A stretch of DNA of 64,000 bases from Octopus vulgaris (lineage: Eukaryota): contig OX597830.1 in NCBI GenBank assembly GCA_951406725.2, positions 14,198,001 through 14,262,000 on the forward strand. The letters are read 5' to 3'. Positions 13,918 through 28,302 of the stretch are shown one piece after another. A program made the position numbers and the translations under genes. The notes under the pieces are model-generated. The model saw only the letters and a list, made by a program, of their open reading frames with translations, was not told the origin of the DNA and ran no database searches. Each line of letters begins with the position of its first letter. The first letter of the stretch is position 1.

Positions 13918-13950
13918 GACGGTCTTCTTTCCGTTTCTGTCTATCAAATC
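13590..13950 (-). mobile_element. SINE family B copy (5' truncated)
   Basis: Reverse complement of family B tail and body. Confidence 0.85.
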
Positions 13951-14405
13951 CATAAGATGTATAATATATTTGTTTTAATCTTTTCTGCCCATTTTTTCAA
14001 TGAGCTTGTTAAACCTCTTTATCTTCTCAACATATTGTTGTACTTTTTTATGTCCTTAACATGTCCCTGTTTCCAAAGACTGTATATATATATGTAACGT
14101 AGCAATTTGCAACAACCAATAATTAACGCAACCAAACTTCCACATGTTACTTTTGATAATCTTTTTCCAAAGAGTGAAACCGGTAAAGTAAATAAACATC
14201 TTTTAAATTGCATTTTCAAACCTTCTTTCGTATATAATTCCACTCGTGCGATACCCCACAACTCAACTTTGTTATATATATATATATATATACCCACATA
14301 TATAGGTGGATACACACATATATATATATATGTATATATGTATATATATATGTATATATATATATCTATATGTATGTATGTATGTATATATATATATATA
14401 TATAT

Positions 14406-14958
14406 CAGGTCACTTTCGAGTGGTACTGGTAACATGTAACCCAGTACAACCTGTTGCATGGTCGGGTCGTTGGCGACTAAACCGGCAACCCCACCAAGCT
14501 TGCTTGGTGAGGAGGGTGTTTGTTGGACACCCTGCGGGAAGAAAAACAAAACCCGTCAAAGGGCGGAGGAACACTTGAGAGTCAACGGCCATCCAATAAA
14601 TGTCTTAGGGGTGTATCATGCGCGGGGACATAGAAATAATCGAACTGAATACCCGATCGCGCGGTTAAACCATTGGGAGTGAAGGACTCCTAGCCTTTGT
14701 TAGGGCATCCTTCTAGGAGAAGATAACTCAGGAAACTAGGATAACTCCGTCATAAAATCTGTGGCTCAGTGGTTACCGATGATGTTGACTTGTTCTTCTT
14801 TTCGGATTATGGCTGCTGTTGATTAGTGAGTGGGGTTGACTCAGTGCACAGCCTTTCCTCACTTTAAAAAAAAATCTTCTTGCACAGGCATTGCACGATA
14901 ACAACATTGATTAAGCTTCGTGCAATGGCCATACTCGATAAAGAGGGGGCAGCCACCA
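14406..14958 (+). mobile_element. Non-autonomous retroposon family D (possibly RTE-related)
   Basis: 3' part recurs at 21391-21476 (+) and 27008-27175 (-); gggcatccttctaggagaag resembles RTE 5' UTR motifs; ends in a simple-repeat tail. Confidence 0.65.
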
Positions 14959-14960
14959 TA

Positions 14961-14996
<36 letters not shown>

Positions 14997-15860
14997 CCAG
15001 GTGACTTGCCCGGTAATTCCCGGGAAAGCGGGCTTATTCCTTGGTTCCATTCTCATAATTGTTTCGCTATTCCAGTTACAATACAAAGTTACAAAGTGTG
15101 TAGTCCTTAAAACGGTTTTTGTGTATTTATTGAGAATACCGAAATGTCTTACAAGAGTCTTTTTTTTAAGAATTCCCAATAAGTTATGAATACCCAAATT
15201 GTGAAGTCAGTTATGTAATAACATGACATTTACCCTAGTAAGAATTCAAATATAGTAGCCCCGAAAAGGGCTTTAGTATGTTCCCAGCGTATATAGAATA
15301 TAGGAGGAAATACTAATAAGGCATGTATACTAAAATCGTGAAACATATTATGTATTAACAAGCTAATCAGATATGAGATAATGACAATTTAAAGTAATTG
15401 ACTGTGAAAAAAGATATTGTGCGTTCCGATAGAATATTACCCTCAGCAGCCCTAGTGTTGGGATATTCGTGAATAAGTCACTAACCGAAATAAGTGGATC
15501 TATTGTTTAGGAGAATATTATTAACTTGTTTAAGTCTTGTACTGGATAAATTGAGAAAATAACTAAAAAAGTTCAGATACTAAGAAATAAGTATATTCAA
15601 TTTCATTTTTACCAAATAATTTACAAAGGAGGGAATGGGTTATTTCCCTTGGAAGCTTAAAATAATTACGCACGCCGTTCAACCGCGCCCAAATGTTATT
15701 CCTCCCACCGTTTACCTGAACATTGTTTCGAAATCAATTTATACTTAAAACCTCCCCAGACACATAAGCAATGTGCGTGTGAAGTTTAAGAAAAATCGGT
15801 CGAGCCGTTTTGGCGCAAAATGAGGACATACTGACACACAAACACACATCGATATTGCTT
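14997..15860 (-). mobile_element. Non-autonomous Helitron-like element (family H2)
   Basis: Minus-strand 3' end cccgggaattaccggg hairpin followed by CTGG|T; other end resembles family H1 (aagtttaagaaaaatcggtcgagccgt..gacacacaaacacac). Confidence 0.6.
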
Positions 15861-16042
15861 ACATTGCTCAGGCTGCTTCTCATTTTTATTTGAATTTATC
15901 GATGTGTATGTACGATGAGCTTCTTTCAGTTTCCGCCTACCAAATCCAGTAACAAGGCTTTGGTCGACCCGAGACTATAATAAAGATACTTGCTAGTAAC
16001 CCATACGAAACTTTGGTATTGAGTATAAAATGAAAATAAATA

Positions 16043-16280
16043 TGCCTTTTTAACGCCTAGCCAGGCTCATGAGCCCGATTTCCTGGTTTCTATGGCGTAT
16101 GTGTTCCCCAGCTGGACGGGACGCCAGTCCATCGCAGCGTTACTTATTTTTGCCAGCTGAGTGGACTGGAGCAACGTGAAATGAAGTGTTTTGCTCAAGA
16201 ACACAACGCGTCGCCTGGTCCAGGAATCAAAACCACAATCATGATGCTGGCACCCTAACCACTAAGCCATGCGCCTCCAC
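16043..16280 (-). mobile_element. SINE family C-related element with ctgcgatggactggcgtcccgtccag segment
   Basis: tRNA-like head ggaggcgcatggcttagtggttagg; TSD attgagtataaa; tail shared with 51022-51130. Confidence 0.8.
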
Positions 16281-16321
16281 ATTGAGTATAAAGCAGAGAC
16301 TAATATTACTTTGAAGGCTTA

Positions 16322-16540
16322 AGGTGATGAGCTGGCAGAATAGTTGGCACGCCGGGCAAAATGTTTAGCGGTATTTCGGCCGTCTTTTCCTTCTGAGTTC
16401 AAAGAACACTCAGGGTGACTTTGCCTTTCGTCCTTTCGGGACCGATAAAGTAAGTATCAGTTAAACACAGGGGTCAACGTAGTCGACTTATCCCCTCGCA
16501 TGAATTTACTGGCCTTGTACCAAAATTTTAAACCAGTATT
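16322..16540 (+). mobile_element. SINE family A, older subfamily
   Basis: Family A head and body with an alternative tail. Confidence 0.8.
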
Positions 16541-17377
16541 ACTCTGAAGTCTGTATCTGGTACCAAAGAAATATAGGTGAACAGTATCCAAGAACACCTT
16601 TCCACCCCTAAGTGGTTCCTGTCCAGTTTATTAGATTACAAAACTACATCTATTTAGTAACAAGATGAGACATGAAGAGTGATGAAAACTAGAAATTAAA
16701 TGTGGAAGTAAAGGAGTAGATGATAATAGAGAACGAAAATTATGAGCAATTAATTTAGTTTCGTCTTCAATAAAAGGCGAAAATAAATGATTTGAAGATT
16801 CCGAACTGTCGAAATCTGTGTTACAATACATAGTCTTAGTGTGACGAAATACATGTTTGTTAAATCTAAGGATGTGATGTCATATATTTATTCATTACAT
16901 CGGTTGCTTTAGCATTGTAGTTCTTTCTAGAAGAAAGCAGACCCCGAAAGGTAGAAGGTGTGTCAGTTCCTTAACTTGATTTGAAGCAGATGAATAACGC
17001 CATTATATGATGCATGGATAATTCAACTTCCCTTGCACTATTTTCCATAGGGTTTTATTTATGGTTCTTATCTGTCAGCCATGAAATTCTCGAACGAATC
17101 TCATATCTAAAGTAGGTTATTTGGCTTAAGGCCTAACACTCTTACGTTCTAATTCCGCCAAGAGTAGCATCAATCTTCATCTCCCTTTTATGGAAGTTGG
17201 CCATGAACCATGTAAAAGCAAGTATATGCTATATTCTATATTGCTATCACTAATCCGAAAAGAATTAAGGAAAAAAAAAATGTTTAAAACACTGGATCAA
17301 TTGTTGATTATAACAATGCAAAATAATGACAACATCATTTATTAATATCATTATTTATATTATTGCTCTTTTCGTAA

Positions 17378-17440
<63 letters not shown>
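17378..17440. repeat. (ATT)n microsatellite
   Basis: Direct reading. Confidence 0.95.
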
Positions 17441-17441
<1 letters not shown>

Positions 17442-17682
17442 AAAAAGGGAATACATCGACATTATCATCAGTGTCAACAATAGCACCTTACCCACCACCT
17501 TTTTCAATAATATCATCATTATCCTTATCACCAGTGTTATTTTACTACAGCCGTTCTATCTTTATCCTCACCCCCCCACTCAACATCATTCCTTACCATA
17601 CTTACTAAAGATAGACTCCAGATAGGAAAAAGAGATAGAAAGAGAAATGTTGGGGAGGGGAGATCAGAACGAAAGAAAGAAC

Positions 17683-17716
<34 letters not shown>

Positions 17717-18542
17717 AAAAAAAAATTTCTGAATGTGCATCAGAAAACGATGTATTGAAATGAAGTTTTTTATAGCAGCGAAGCTGAAAACATTGCGTGT
17801 GTTCGTAGTTTACTTCCAAATCGTGACACTGTTACAATATCACAAAATTCGTTAAGATATCAAACAAATTGAACATTTCTTTTGTCGAGCGAAAGTAAAC
17901 AAAGAACAGTTAAACATTTTTCTATAAGCTCGACAACTCTAAATAGTATCCGTGCATCTCTCGTGCATTCCTTCAATTGAAACCACGAGACAGGTCTTGT
18001 TTTGTTGTTTTTCTCGAATGCATAGAATTCCTTACAGAACAAGAAATATTTAAACACCAATGAATTTTCTTAATAATATTTTTATAACTGATTAACATCA
18101 CATGTATTCAGAAACTGACATACATATACCCACCACAGAGAGAGAGGGAGTGAGGGATAGAAAGAGAGAGAGAGAATGTGTGTGTGGTGGAGAGTTCAAG
18201 AGAGAGGGAGGGGGAGGAGGAGGAAGAAACAGTTGTGAGAAGGAACTAAGAAAGAGGTGACAGAAGAAAGAAAAATACAAATAATCTTTCTTTGTAAAAA
18301 ATAAAAAAAAATCATGATTAACGACGAAGATTTTTACTTTTTTGTATCATTTTCTACTATTTCATAGATTTGTATTTTTTTTTTTTTTTAGATTTTGTTT
18401 TATTTTATTTTAGTATTTTTTCGTTAAAATTTTAAAAACTACAGCTTTGAATAATAACTTTTCAAAGTATTGTTCTCAATAGATTCGACAATTCGGTGGA
18501 ATCTAAAAATACTAATAAAATAACTATTCGAAACCAACACTC

Positions 18543-18573
<31 letters not shown>

Positions 18574-18705
18574 TACACAGTCATACAAAGACGGACATAC
18601 ACACACACGCACACACAGAGTCATAACATAAACAGACGCATACAAGACACACAGAGAAATATGATCTTATACGTGTACGTGCATTATGTATATTCATACA
18701 GACAT

Positions 18706-18749
<44 letters not shown>

Positions 18750-18925
18750 ATATTATATATAAATATGTATGTATGTGCATTCACACAATCATATACATGT
18801 CACATGCGCACGCGCTCAGAGACACACACACACACAGAGACACTGTGCAGTGAAACAAAACAGATATGAAACGTGCAATTTGATGTTATCAATGTAGAAA
18901 GATTTTATTTATCGCCTAATATTAA

Positions 18926-19305
<380 letters not shown>

Positions 19306-19420
19306 TATATGAGTGAGTGCGTGTTAATTGTTCTATTATTAAAGTTAGTTACATTAATAATCTTAGGTAATTTGATTGACCACTTCTTAAGATAAACAAA
19401 GGTTTAAGCATCTTTTAGAT

Positions 19421-19670
19421 GAGTGGTTCTGAACGGGGTCCATATACCCTTTGGGGGTCCATGTAAGAATTTTTATGCCATAAACTGGTTATATTTCTAT
19501 AATACACAAAACATTTTAATTTTCTTTATATTTTATATACTTCTTGATAATATTTAATCATAAAAATACAGAAAGATTTATTTTTTGTATACAACGAATG
19601 GCTTTTAAGTCCAGTAGAATAAAATAATAATCAGAGGGATCCATAGATTAAGAATGGTTGAGAATCACCG
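19421..19670. mobile_element. Old hAT-like MITE
   Basis: Ends gagtggttctgaac and gttgagaatcaccg resemble cagtggttctcaac-type hAT TIRs. Confidence 0.55.
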
Positions 19671-20228
19671 TTCTGGAGTTAGGTCGTAATAACTGATGCC
19701 AATGTTGAAATTGGTGATTAATTAAGCTTTGAACAAATGGTCCGAAAGTCTGGATTGATAACTCAAAGTCCCAAACATCTTATCAGTTACGTTACCTCCA
19801 GGCTGCTAGTTTTGAAAATTAAAATTTCTGGGAGTTGAATGATATCAGGGAGAGAGCAATAGAGAGTGAGAGAGTGAGGAGAAATAAAAACGGATGGACA
19901 GATGGACGGAAAACAGAGAGTACGTGAAATAAATAGCGGTCGATAGAAGAAAAAGGAGCAGAATCCTCGGTTCTTTTAGATATATCATAATATTTTATAT
20001 ATTAAATTATTGGTCAATATGACATTATGAATTGTACGGGGCATCAATGGCGCAAGTGTTTATACATGCACGGTTCGGCTTTCAGCTTCTGATTGCCAAT
20101 ATCAAGACGTACGTTACTGAAACACTTTGCAGTCCATAATAATGACTCGAAGAGTTAGCCTCATAGGTAAGTATCTATAAACATATACGTATATATCTGA
20201 GTATGTAAATGTATGTCTCATCTCTCGT

Positions 20229-20289
<61 letters not shown>

Positions 20290-20540
20290 ATCTTATACTG
20301 TATCTGTCCATATGTATGTCTGTGTGATTCTTCAAATAGCACCATTTGTTTTCCAAATTCTAGCAACGGAGCTAGAGTTTGGAAAACATGAAATAATGTT
20401 ACGTACTGAATCTTAGAAAAGTCTTTCATGCTTTTACTGTTCTGCTTCTGGATTTCATTTACGAAATATGCCTTAGCTCAACGCGTTCTTCGCCAGAAAA
20501 TCCCACCCGTTCCAGAGGGAGGTTAAGACATAAAGATGTG

Positions 20541-20761
20541 TTACTTTTTTACTCTTTTACTTGTTTCAGTCAATTGACTGCGGGCATGCTGGTGCTCTGC
20601 CTTTTTAGTCGAGCAAATCGATCCCAGGACATATTTTTTTTATAAACCTAGCACTTATTCTATCGGTCTCTTTTGCAGAACCGCTAAGTTACAGGGAAGT
20701 AAACACACCACCATCGGTTGTCAAGCGATGGTGGGGGACAAATACAGACACACAAACATAT

Positions 20762-20794
<33 letters not shown>

Positions 20795-20945
20795 CATATA
20801 TACGACGGGCTTCTTTTAGCTTCTGTCTACCAAATCCAATCACGAGGCTATAGTAGAAAACACCTGCTCAAGATGCCACGCAGTGGGACTGAACCCGGAA
20901 CCATGTGGTTGGTAAGCAAGCTACTTATCAGACAGCCACTCCCCA
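20541..20945 (-). mobile_element. SINE family B, near full length
   Basis: Reverse complement of family B. Confidence 0.9.
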
Positions 20946-21390
20946 TAAAAATATATAAAAATCTTCTCTTTGTCCATGCCAAGGTTTAGGGTTAGCATTT
21001 TTTCTTAACAAAGGCCAAGCAATGCCCAAAGGTATGTATGCATGTCTGTCTGTCTGTCTCTATGTATGTATGTATGTATGTATGTATGTATGTGTGCATG
21101 TATGTATGTATGTATGTATGCATGTATGTATGCATGTGCCTATGTATACAGGTCATTATTCATTTATATATTTCCAGATCAGTTTCTAATCTAGACCCAA
21201 AGCTCTTTCATTGGCATTTCAACAACATTAACAGGGTATTTTTGCACGTATGTGTGTATATATGCATGTGAAGATTTGTATGTTTTGTTTTATGCATGCA
21301 TTTTCATGCATATCTAGACATGCGCATGTATACTTAAATCTGAAACATCTGGGAAGTTTTACAAATTTTTACATGTATGTATGTATGTAT

Positions 21391-21493
21391 GGGTTAAAAA
21401 GTCATTCGATCACAGCACCAATAACAGTTAAGCTTCGTGCAATGGCCATACTCGATAACGAGGGAGCAGTCATCACGTATGTATGTATGTATG

Positions 21494-21527
<34 letters not shown>

Positions 21528-21610
21528 TGTATGTATGTATGTATGTATGTATGCGTGTATGTATGTATGTATGTATGTATGTATGTATGTATGTATGTAT
21601 GTATGTATGT
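21391..21610 (+). mobile_element. Family D 3' fragment with (TATG)n tail
   Basis: ttaagcttcgtgcaatggccatactcgataacgagggagcagtcatc followed by (tatg)n. Confidence 0.75.
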
Positions 21611-22999
21611 ATTTATTACATTCAGTTTGTAAAGATGATGATAAAAACCTTACCTAACTTTCCAGCGCAAAGTACTTAATTTGAATGTCTCAAACTCTTT
21701 GGTAGAGCATTACGGAATCAGAAAATATGTTGCAGAACGATCTTCCAACAGTTCCTACAGAATATTATCATGTTTGTTTAAATACCAGTTGTTAATTAAC
21801 GTGGATATTTATATAGTAATTACGTTCTCAATTCCAGACAGATAGAACCTGTTTAACTCTTGAACTGTGAATTCTAACGAATACATTTATTTTTTTCTCA
21901 ACCTCTTAGTTACGTCCACCTTTAAAATAAGCATTTTCATTAAATGACAATACTTTTGGACTCGAATGCTAATTTATTATTGCTTCTCAAATTATCGATA
22001 TCTATAATGAGGAGAAAGAACAAACGTTGGTAGTAAAAACAAAAAAACGTTTTTTCCTTTCTTTTTTTTTTTTTTCGTTAATTATCAACCCTCCTAATTG
22101 AAAACTGAAAAGATTTTCCAGTAAAATTAGAATATGTACTGATTTATTTCCATTTTGAAAGGTTAATTGATTCTCATTACAGATTATTCCCCTGTTGCCC
22201 TGCAATGTCATTACCCACAAAATAGCACATTATTTGGGACATCACTAACTAAATTGTAGCTTTGATCCTCATTTCCAAGTGGAAATTACATGCATCTTCT
22301 GCGCAACCAAATAACATTTTAACACCTCCCTGTCATCTTAATCGAATTTAGCACCACATTGCTTGTCTCAAATTAGTCCCAGAGATATGCAAACGTTTTC
22401 TAAAATAAACTATTCTAAAAGTAACTCACCCAGATTTTTTCTTCGTTTTCTAACAGTGAGGTTTAATTTATTTATCACAGCAGTCTCTTTAAGACATCAA
22501 CTACTGCAACCTGTATCAAGCTGCAGAGTAACTGCTAACAGAGAAAGGAATCCAGTTTTATAAAAAGAGACGTTTTGATTTAACGAACTGAGAACAGCTG
22601 AGTATAAGATTTAAATATTGCTTACCTGTAATAAAACAATAACTTTTTAAAATAATTATAGAAATTATTTAATCTATCATGAGCCTGTAGATCAGTTTAA
22701 TCTGTCATTAAAGACATTTTTTTAATATTTTTTTCTCGTGATCGTTACTATTTAGTTACTAAATATATAAGTATTTCTTACATAAACTTCAATTCGTTTT
22801 GCATAATTTGTAAGGTTTCTTTTCTCGCTGATTATCACTGAGAAGGATTCAGTTTCAAAACAAGATACATTTCGAAAAATCTTTGTTTTTCGCCTTCTCA
22901 AACGTTTAATTCCTTTTGGAAGCATTTCCTTCAGCATATCTATTCATTTTAGAGAAGAAAAAAAGTGTCTTGTTAATCGGATCCTCTACCTTTTTTATT

Positions 23000-23012
23000 A
23001 TCGTCGTCGTCG

Positions 23013-23068
<56 letters not shown>

Positions 23069-23072
23069 GTCG

Positions 23073-23130
<58 letters not shown>
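23000..23130. repeat. (ATC)n microsatellite
   Basis: Direct reading; source of the poly-M and poly-I ORFs. Confidence 0.95.
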
Positions 23131-23132
<2 letters not shown>

Positions 23133-25377
23133 ACAACACCAACAACATCGCTATTATTGCTATCATCGTCAATGCTCCAACAACTTTAAACATTTTGCTC
23201 ACAGCTAAAGGAGGTGTCACCATAGTTACGAATAAAATGTTTGCAGTCACTATTTCACATTTATTTGAACTTCCAAATGTTAAGAACTAATTGCTGCACA
23301 TCCTCTGTTTTAAGAGGAGGCCAACAACATAGAAACTGTAAGCATTTTACAGCCGAGATCTCTAAAGTTGCAACAGATGAGTGGATTAAATGTCGACCCA
23401 ATACGTTTCTTAGTAGGGGAACGTTCGTACGGTATCTGATACAAAACAAGCACTTCTGTCGTCAGTCGACCAACAACCTATTAAACAGTAACATTAAAAA
23501 GGGTAGTAGATTCTTGAATAGTCTTAGTTTTGAAGTATTCTTTTGACAGAAGTCATTCTAAATCCATTAACATCAACTGGTTACTAAACGTATGGGATGT
23601 GCTTTACTTTTCTTAATGTTACTTTAGAGATCCGACTACTTGAGATTCGTCAACTTGTTGGCAAACGACTGTGGTTTGTACTTATTTTGTGACTTTTGTT
23701 TTATACTACTCTGGATAAGATAGTGAGTCCGGGAAGGATAATACTTTGGTAGGAGCCCTGCAAATTCATTTTTAGGGTAGGTCACCAGCTATTGTCTTCT
23801 GCCCGTTATTCAGACCTGATCTGTGGCACCAAGAACTGTATGCATGTGTCAGGTCACGGCAAGAGTGCTGGCAGGCCAGCTAAACGAAATTCAGTGTAAA
23901 CCGTGGAGATTTAAATTCTGATGAAATTTTTTAAAAGCTTGTCACTATAGGCATTTGATAACTGGATTTCTGGTGAACTGTGCTAACGAACGCCACTAAT
24001 CGGTTGTCAAGTTCAACGATCTGAAAAATACTATCCAGCAATGATGCTGTGGAATTCACGGCTGGGCAAAACCTTCTGTTTATTCTCATGCATTCTTAGC
24101 ATGTATCTAGCCGTCTCTCACCGCCTTACCATTGTTCCAAGAAGTCAGGAAAGCGGGAGTAAGGATGGTCATCCGATGAATCCCTTCCTCATTCTTATCC
24201 AAATTTAAAACGACTTTAATCTATAATCAGACAGTGGACCTTTCGCTGCGACAATCGAGGTATCGCGCCTGTCGAAGACAACAGTATAATTTGATAGCGC
24301 TGAAAGATGCATTATAGTGGAAGACCTGTTACGAATTCCGGGTCACCTGCACGACTGTATAATCCTTTGTTATGGTGTGCCTTGAGACTAGTTACTATTT
24401 ATGTCTAAACAGGAGTACGACGACCCGCTTCTTTCTGACGTTTAGAAGTACCAGCGGGTGATTGGAAGTACATTTTGTACTTGCAGCGTGATTGAGTGGA
24501 GCTACTGCATAGAATCAGGGGGGCCCAAAGCCTGAAATTTTTACTAAGAAGTTTTCGATTGTCTGACTGGTGTCGACTTGAATTCCTGATGCAACAGTAT
24601 GGAAATAAAACAACCTCTGTGTCATCTAGATCGGATCTCGAAAGCGTATTTGCTAGTCGAGCGGATAGGGATAGAATAGGATATTCATTGTTCAAATTAA
24701 TCGATTACACCTACCATAAATTTGTGGTCTACGTGGTCGATTAAGATATGGTCACAGAGATGACGCTACAGAATTAGATGAACGGCAGTTGACGTGGCCA
24801 ATCGTCAACGATATGGAGCAGGGCATCATGAAGAGGACAGTCACAAGATAAGTTCTAGAATAAACTAATAATAGAGAAACATAAATTAGTTGACACTCTA
24901 GAGGAGGCGATTAGTAAAAGCATCTCAGATGACGTGCGAGCGGGAGGTTGGCTCTTTACCTTTTCTTCAACGCAGGACAGGAATGGCGTATTGTGAGAGG
25001 AAAAGCCTATGACAAAAACGAAAAAAAACTCTGCGATGGGCTCGAATGGCATCATCATGACTTGACAAGAAAACTATAATCGGGTCTTAAACAGATCAGA
25101 AAGGATGCGTGCTTTTCGGTTCCGAGCAGATATGTACACCGCTTCGGGTGGATGATGTGTTGGAAACGGTAAATGACATCAGTGCCTGCCTCAATGAGCT
25201 TCTAAGGCTCACGGCAGAAGAGGCAAAGTACTGCTAAAAGCCCATAACAGCAGCTAAAATTTGGGAAGCAATGAGCAGTTCTACAAGACACAAATCACCA
25301 TATTTGGACGGTCTACTGATCCAGTTTTACAAATATATGTCATACTGTTTTTGGGAATCTTTTGGTAGACGTATACC

Positions 25378-25610
25378 TATTTCTTTATTACCCACAAGGG
25401 GCTAAACATAGAGAGGACAAACAAGGATAGACATAGGGATTAAGTCGATTACATCGACCCCAGTGCCTAACTGGTACTTAATTTATCGACCCCGAAAGGA
25501 TGAAAGGCAAAGTCGACCTCGGCGGAATTTGAACTCATAACGTAACGACAGACGAAATACGGCTAGACATTTCGCCCGGCGTGCTAACGTTTCTGCCAGC
25601 TCGCCGCCTT
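25378..25610 (-). mobile_element. SINE family A monomer
   Basis: Full head and body; flanking tatacc on both sides. Confidence 0.9.
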
Positions 25611-26052
25611 ATACCGCCACAGGCAGCAGAACGGATGGATTCCGTTGGGATCACTCCAAGTCTGTAAGTTGGAGAATGACAATAGGGGAGGTCATTTACC
25701 GTTGGTGATCAGGATTATCTTGCATCTGCAGGATTCCATTTTCCATTATTTGTATATGATTTATACCTGCATTTCATGTTTCTTTCTTCATTCAATTTTT
25801 CTATGCAAATCAAATCAAATCAATTCATGTACCTCATCACGTATTCCCCTGTCATCTGTCGTCTAGCGACGGAAAAGATGTTTTACAGTATTTGTTCCAG
25901 CATTTTCAGTTCAATTCCTACCAAGGTGAATTTGCCTGTCATTCTTTCAGGTTCGATAATAAATTACTAATTACGTATTGGAATCATTGGCATCGATTAA
26001 CAGTCGATTATTGTGTTTGTGCTTCAACTAGGAAGCGTTATTAACATTGTTA

Positions 26053-26260
26053 AAGCGGCAAGCTGGCAGAATATTTAGTACTTATTGGCATTTCGTCCGT
26101 CTTTACGTTCTGAGTTCAAATTCTGCCGAGGTTGACTTTGCCTTTCCTTTTTTCGGGGTCGATAGATTAAGTACCAGTTGATCAATGGTGTCAATTATGT
26201 AATTGATTTACCTCCTTCTCCCAAACCGCTGGACCAAAATTTGAAACCGAATATCATTAT
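26053..26260 (+). mobile_element. SINE family A, older subfamily
   Basis: Family A motifs. Confidence 0.8.
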
Positions 26261-26859
26261 TAGACTCACCGTTAATTTTCTTGTTACTATCTTTTCGCTC
26301 TGTAGTCAAATCTCGCCACAATGGACTAAATATTCTTTCGATATTGATAAGCACCGGTTAAGCAGTAGATTGATTAAACTAGCTGTATCATTCACTCGTT
26401 AGAAATCCCTCTAATCATTTCACATCTATTGCAAAATCTTTATTATTACTATTGTTGTTTACAATCTATTTGTTTTATTTTTAAATATTGATTATAAGAA
26501 ACTTCCGTTTCTTAGAATCATAAGATAATTATTGGCATCTTTCAAAACATACATAAGTATATTTTGAAGTTTAATGCATGCTGAGTAAGAATATCTTCAC
26601 AAAATGTACGCTGATCTATATTCTATCTGCTTCCAGACGTATTATATCCGGTGTAAGGATCACAAATGGAATGATGAATGCATTTCCTTAACCGTGATAA
26701 ACTAGTTTATATTCATCAGTTAAGCGTAATTAATTATCCGAGGATGACGTGTCTTTGTTTTTTTCTTTTGATCTGAAAGATTGCATACTGCGAGAAACTC
26801 TGAGTAGCGATGATACGAAGTAAAAAGTCAAACGAACACGCACACATTTACGTATAAGC

Positions 26860-27175
26860 ATACATACATACATACATACATACATACATACATACATACA
26901 TACATACACACATACATGCATGCATGCATACATACATACATACATACATACATACATACATACATACATACATACAAACATACATACATACATACATACA
27001 TACATACATGGTGACTGCCCCCTCGTTATCGAATATGGCCATTGCACGAAGCTTAATTAATGTTGTTATCGTGCAATGCCTGTGCAAGAAGATTTTTTTT
27101 TAAAGTGAGGACAGGCTGTGCACTGAGTCAATCCCACTCGCTAAGAAACAGCTGCCATAATCCGAAAAGAAGAAC
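26860..27175 (-). mobile_element. Family D 3' fragment with (TATG)n tail
   Basis: Reverse complement of 14790-14958 followed by (tatg)n. Confidence 0.8.
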
Positions 27176-28227
27176 ATACATACATACATACATATATATA
27201 TATATGAATGCATACATACATACACGCATACATACATACATACACACATACATACACACATACATACATACATACATACATACATACATACATACATACA
27301 TACATACATACATACATACATACAAACATACATAAATACACATAAATGTATAATCCATTCCTGCAAACTGCACAAATAAGTGTGTGTGTATATAAATATG
27401 GTAAATTTCAAGCAATTCTGCGTCCTTCAATCAATATTATTGATGACCGGACTATAATGTTTGAAAATAAGAGAACGTTTTAGGCAATGCTTTAAGGATA
27501 CCTCTTAAACTTCGACGTTCAAATATTTTGAAGTCCTTCAAACAAGTAAATTATAATGAGGTCTTAGGTTCAATTCACTGTAAATAACAGTTAATGTAGA
27601 AATTGTCGATAAACCTGCTTTGATACGGTAGGGAAATTTAGTTAAAAAGAACTCAATTTCCTTAAAGTTCCGCCATTGCTCTTAGGTAATCACACAACCA
27701 TTACTCTTGCATGGAATAATCTTAGAACTCATGCCACCGATCATAGTGTTATCCTTAAGCTAGTTCATACCATTAATACATTGTAGTATATCCTTCACAA
27801 CCATCGATTTCGCTATTTTGATCTACTTTTCCATTGTTCTATGTAATATATATATAAGTGAGCATGTGTATGTATATGCATATAAGAATATGCATCGAAG
27901 TGTAGTCGCGCCTCTTCCTCTGTGCGTTCGTGATGTGCGCATGTAAACTGCTTCTAATAATGATAATCATAATGTAACTTTAATGAAATGTATTTGTATT
28001 TACACGTACCTGTGTGTGTATGTGTTGAGTATGTGTGTGTATGTGAGTCTGGGTATAATTACATATATGCGCATAAATTGAGGCTCACGTGACTACCAGA
28101 GGTAGTTAGACGATTGTGTTCATTTGCTTATAGTTCAAACACTATTCCTCCATGCTTTCATGTGTCTAACTCGAAATTTCTGTTTTTCTATCCATCTTTC
28201 TGTCTCTAGATGGGCACTCGCGGGCAT

Positions 28228-28302
<75 letters not shown>

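Noticed and set aside
18098-18540. GA-rich tract followed by a T-rich leader, resembling a promoter or 5' UTR
   Set aside because: No supportable transcription start, ORF or splice donor; low complexity alone is insufficient
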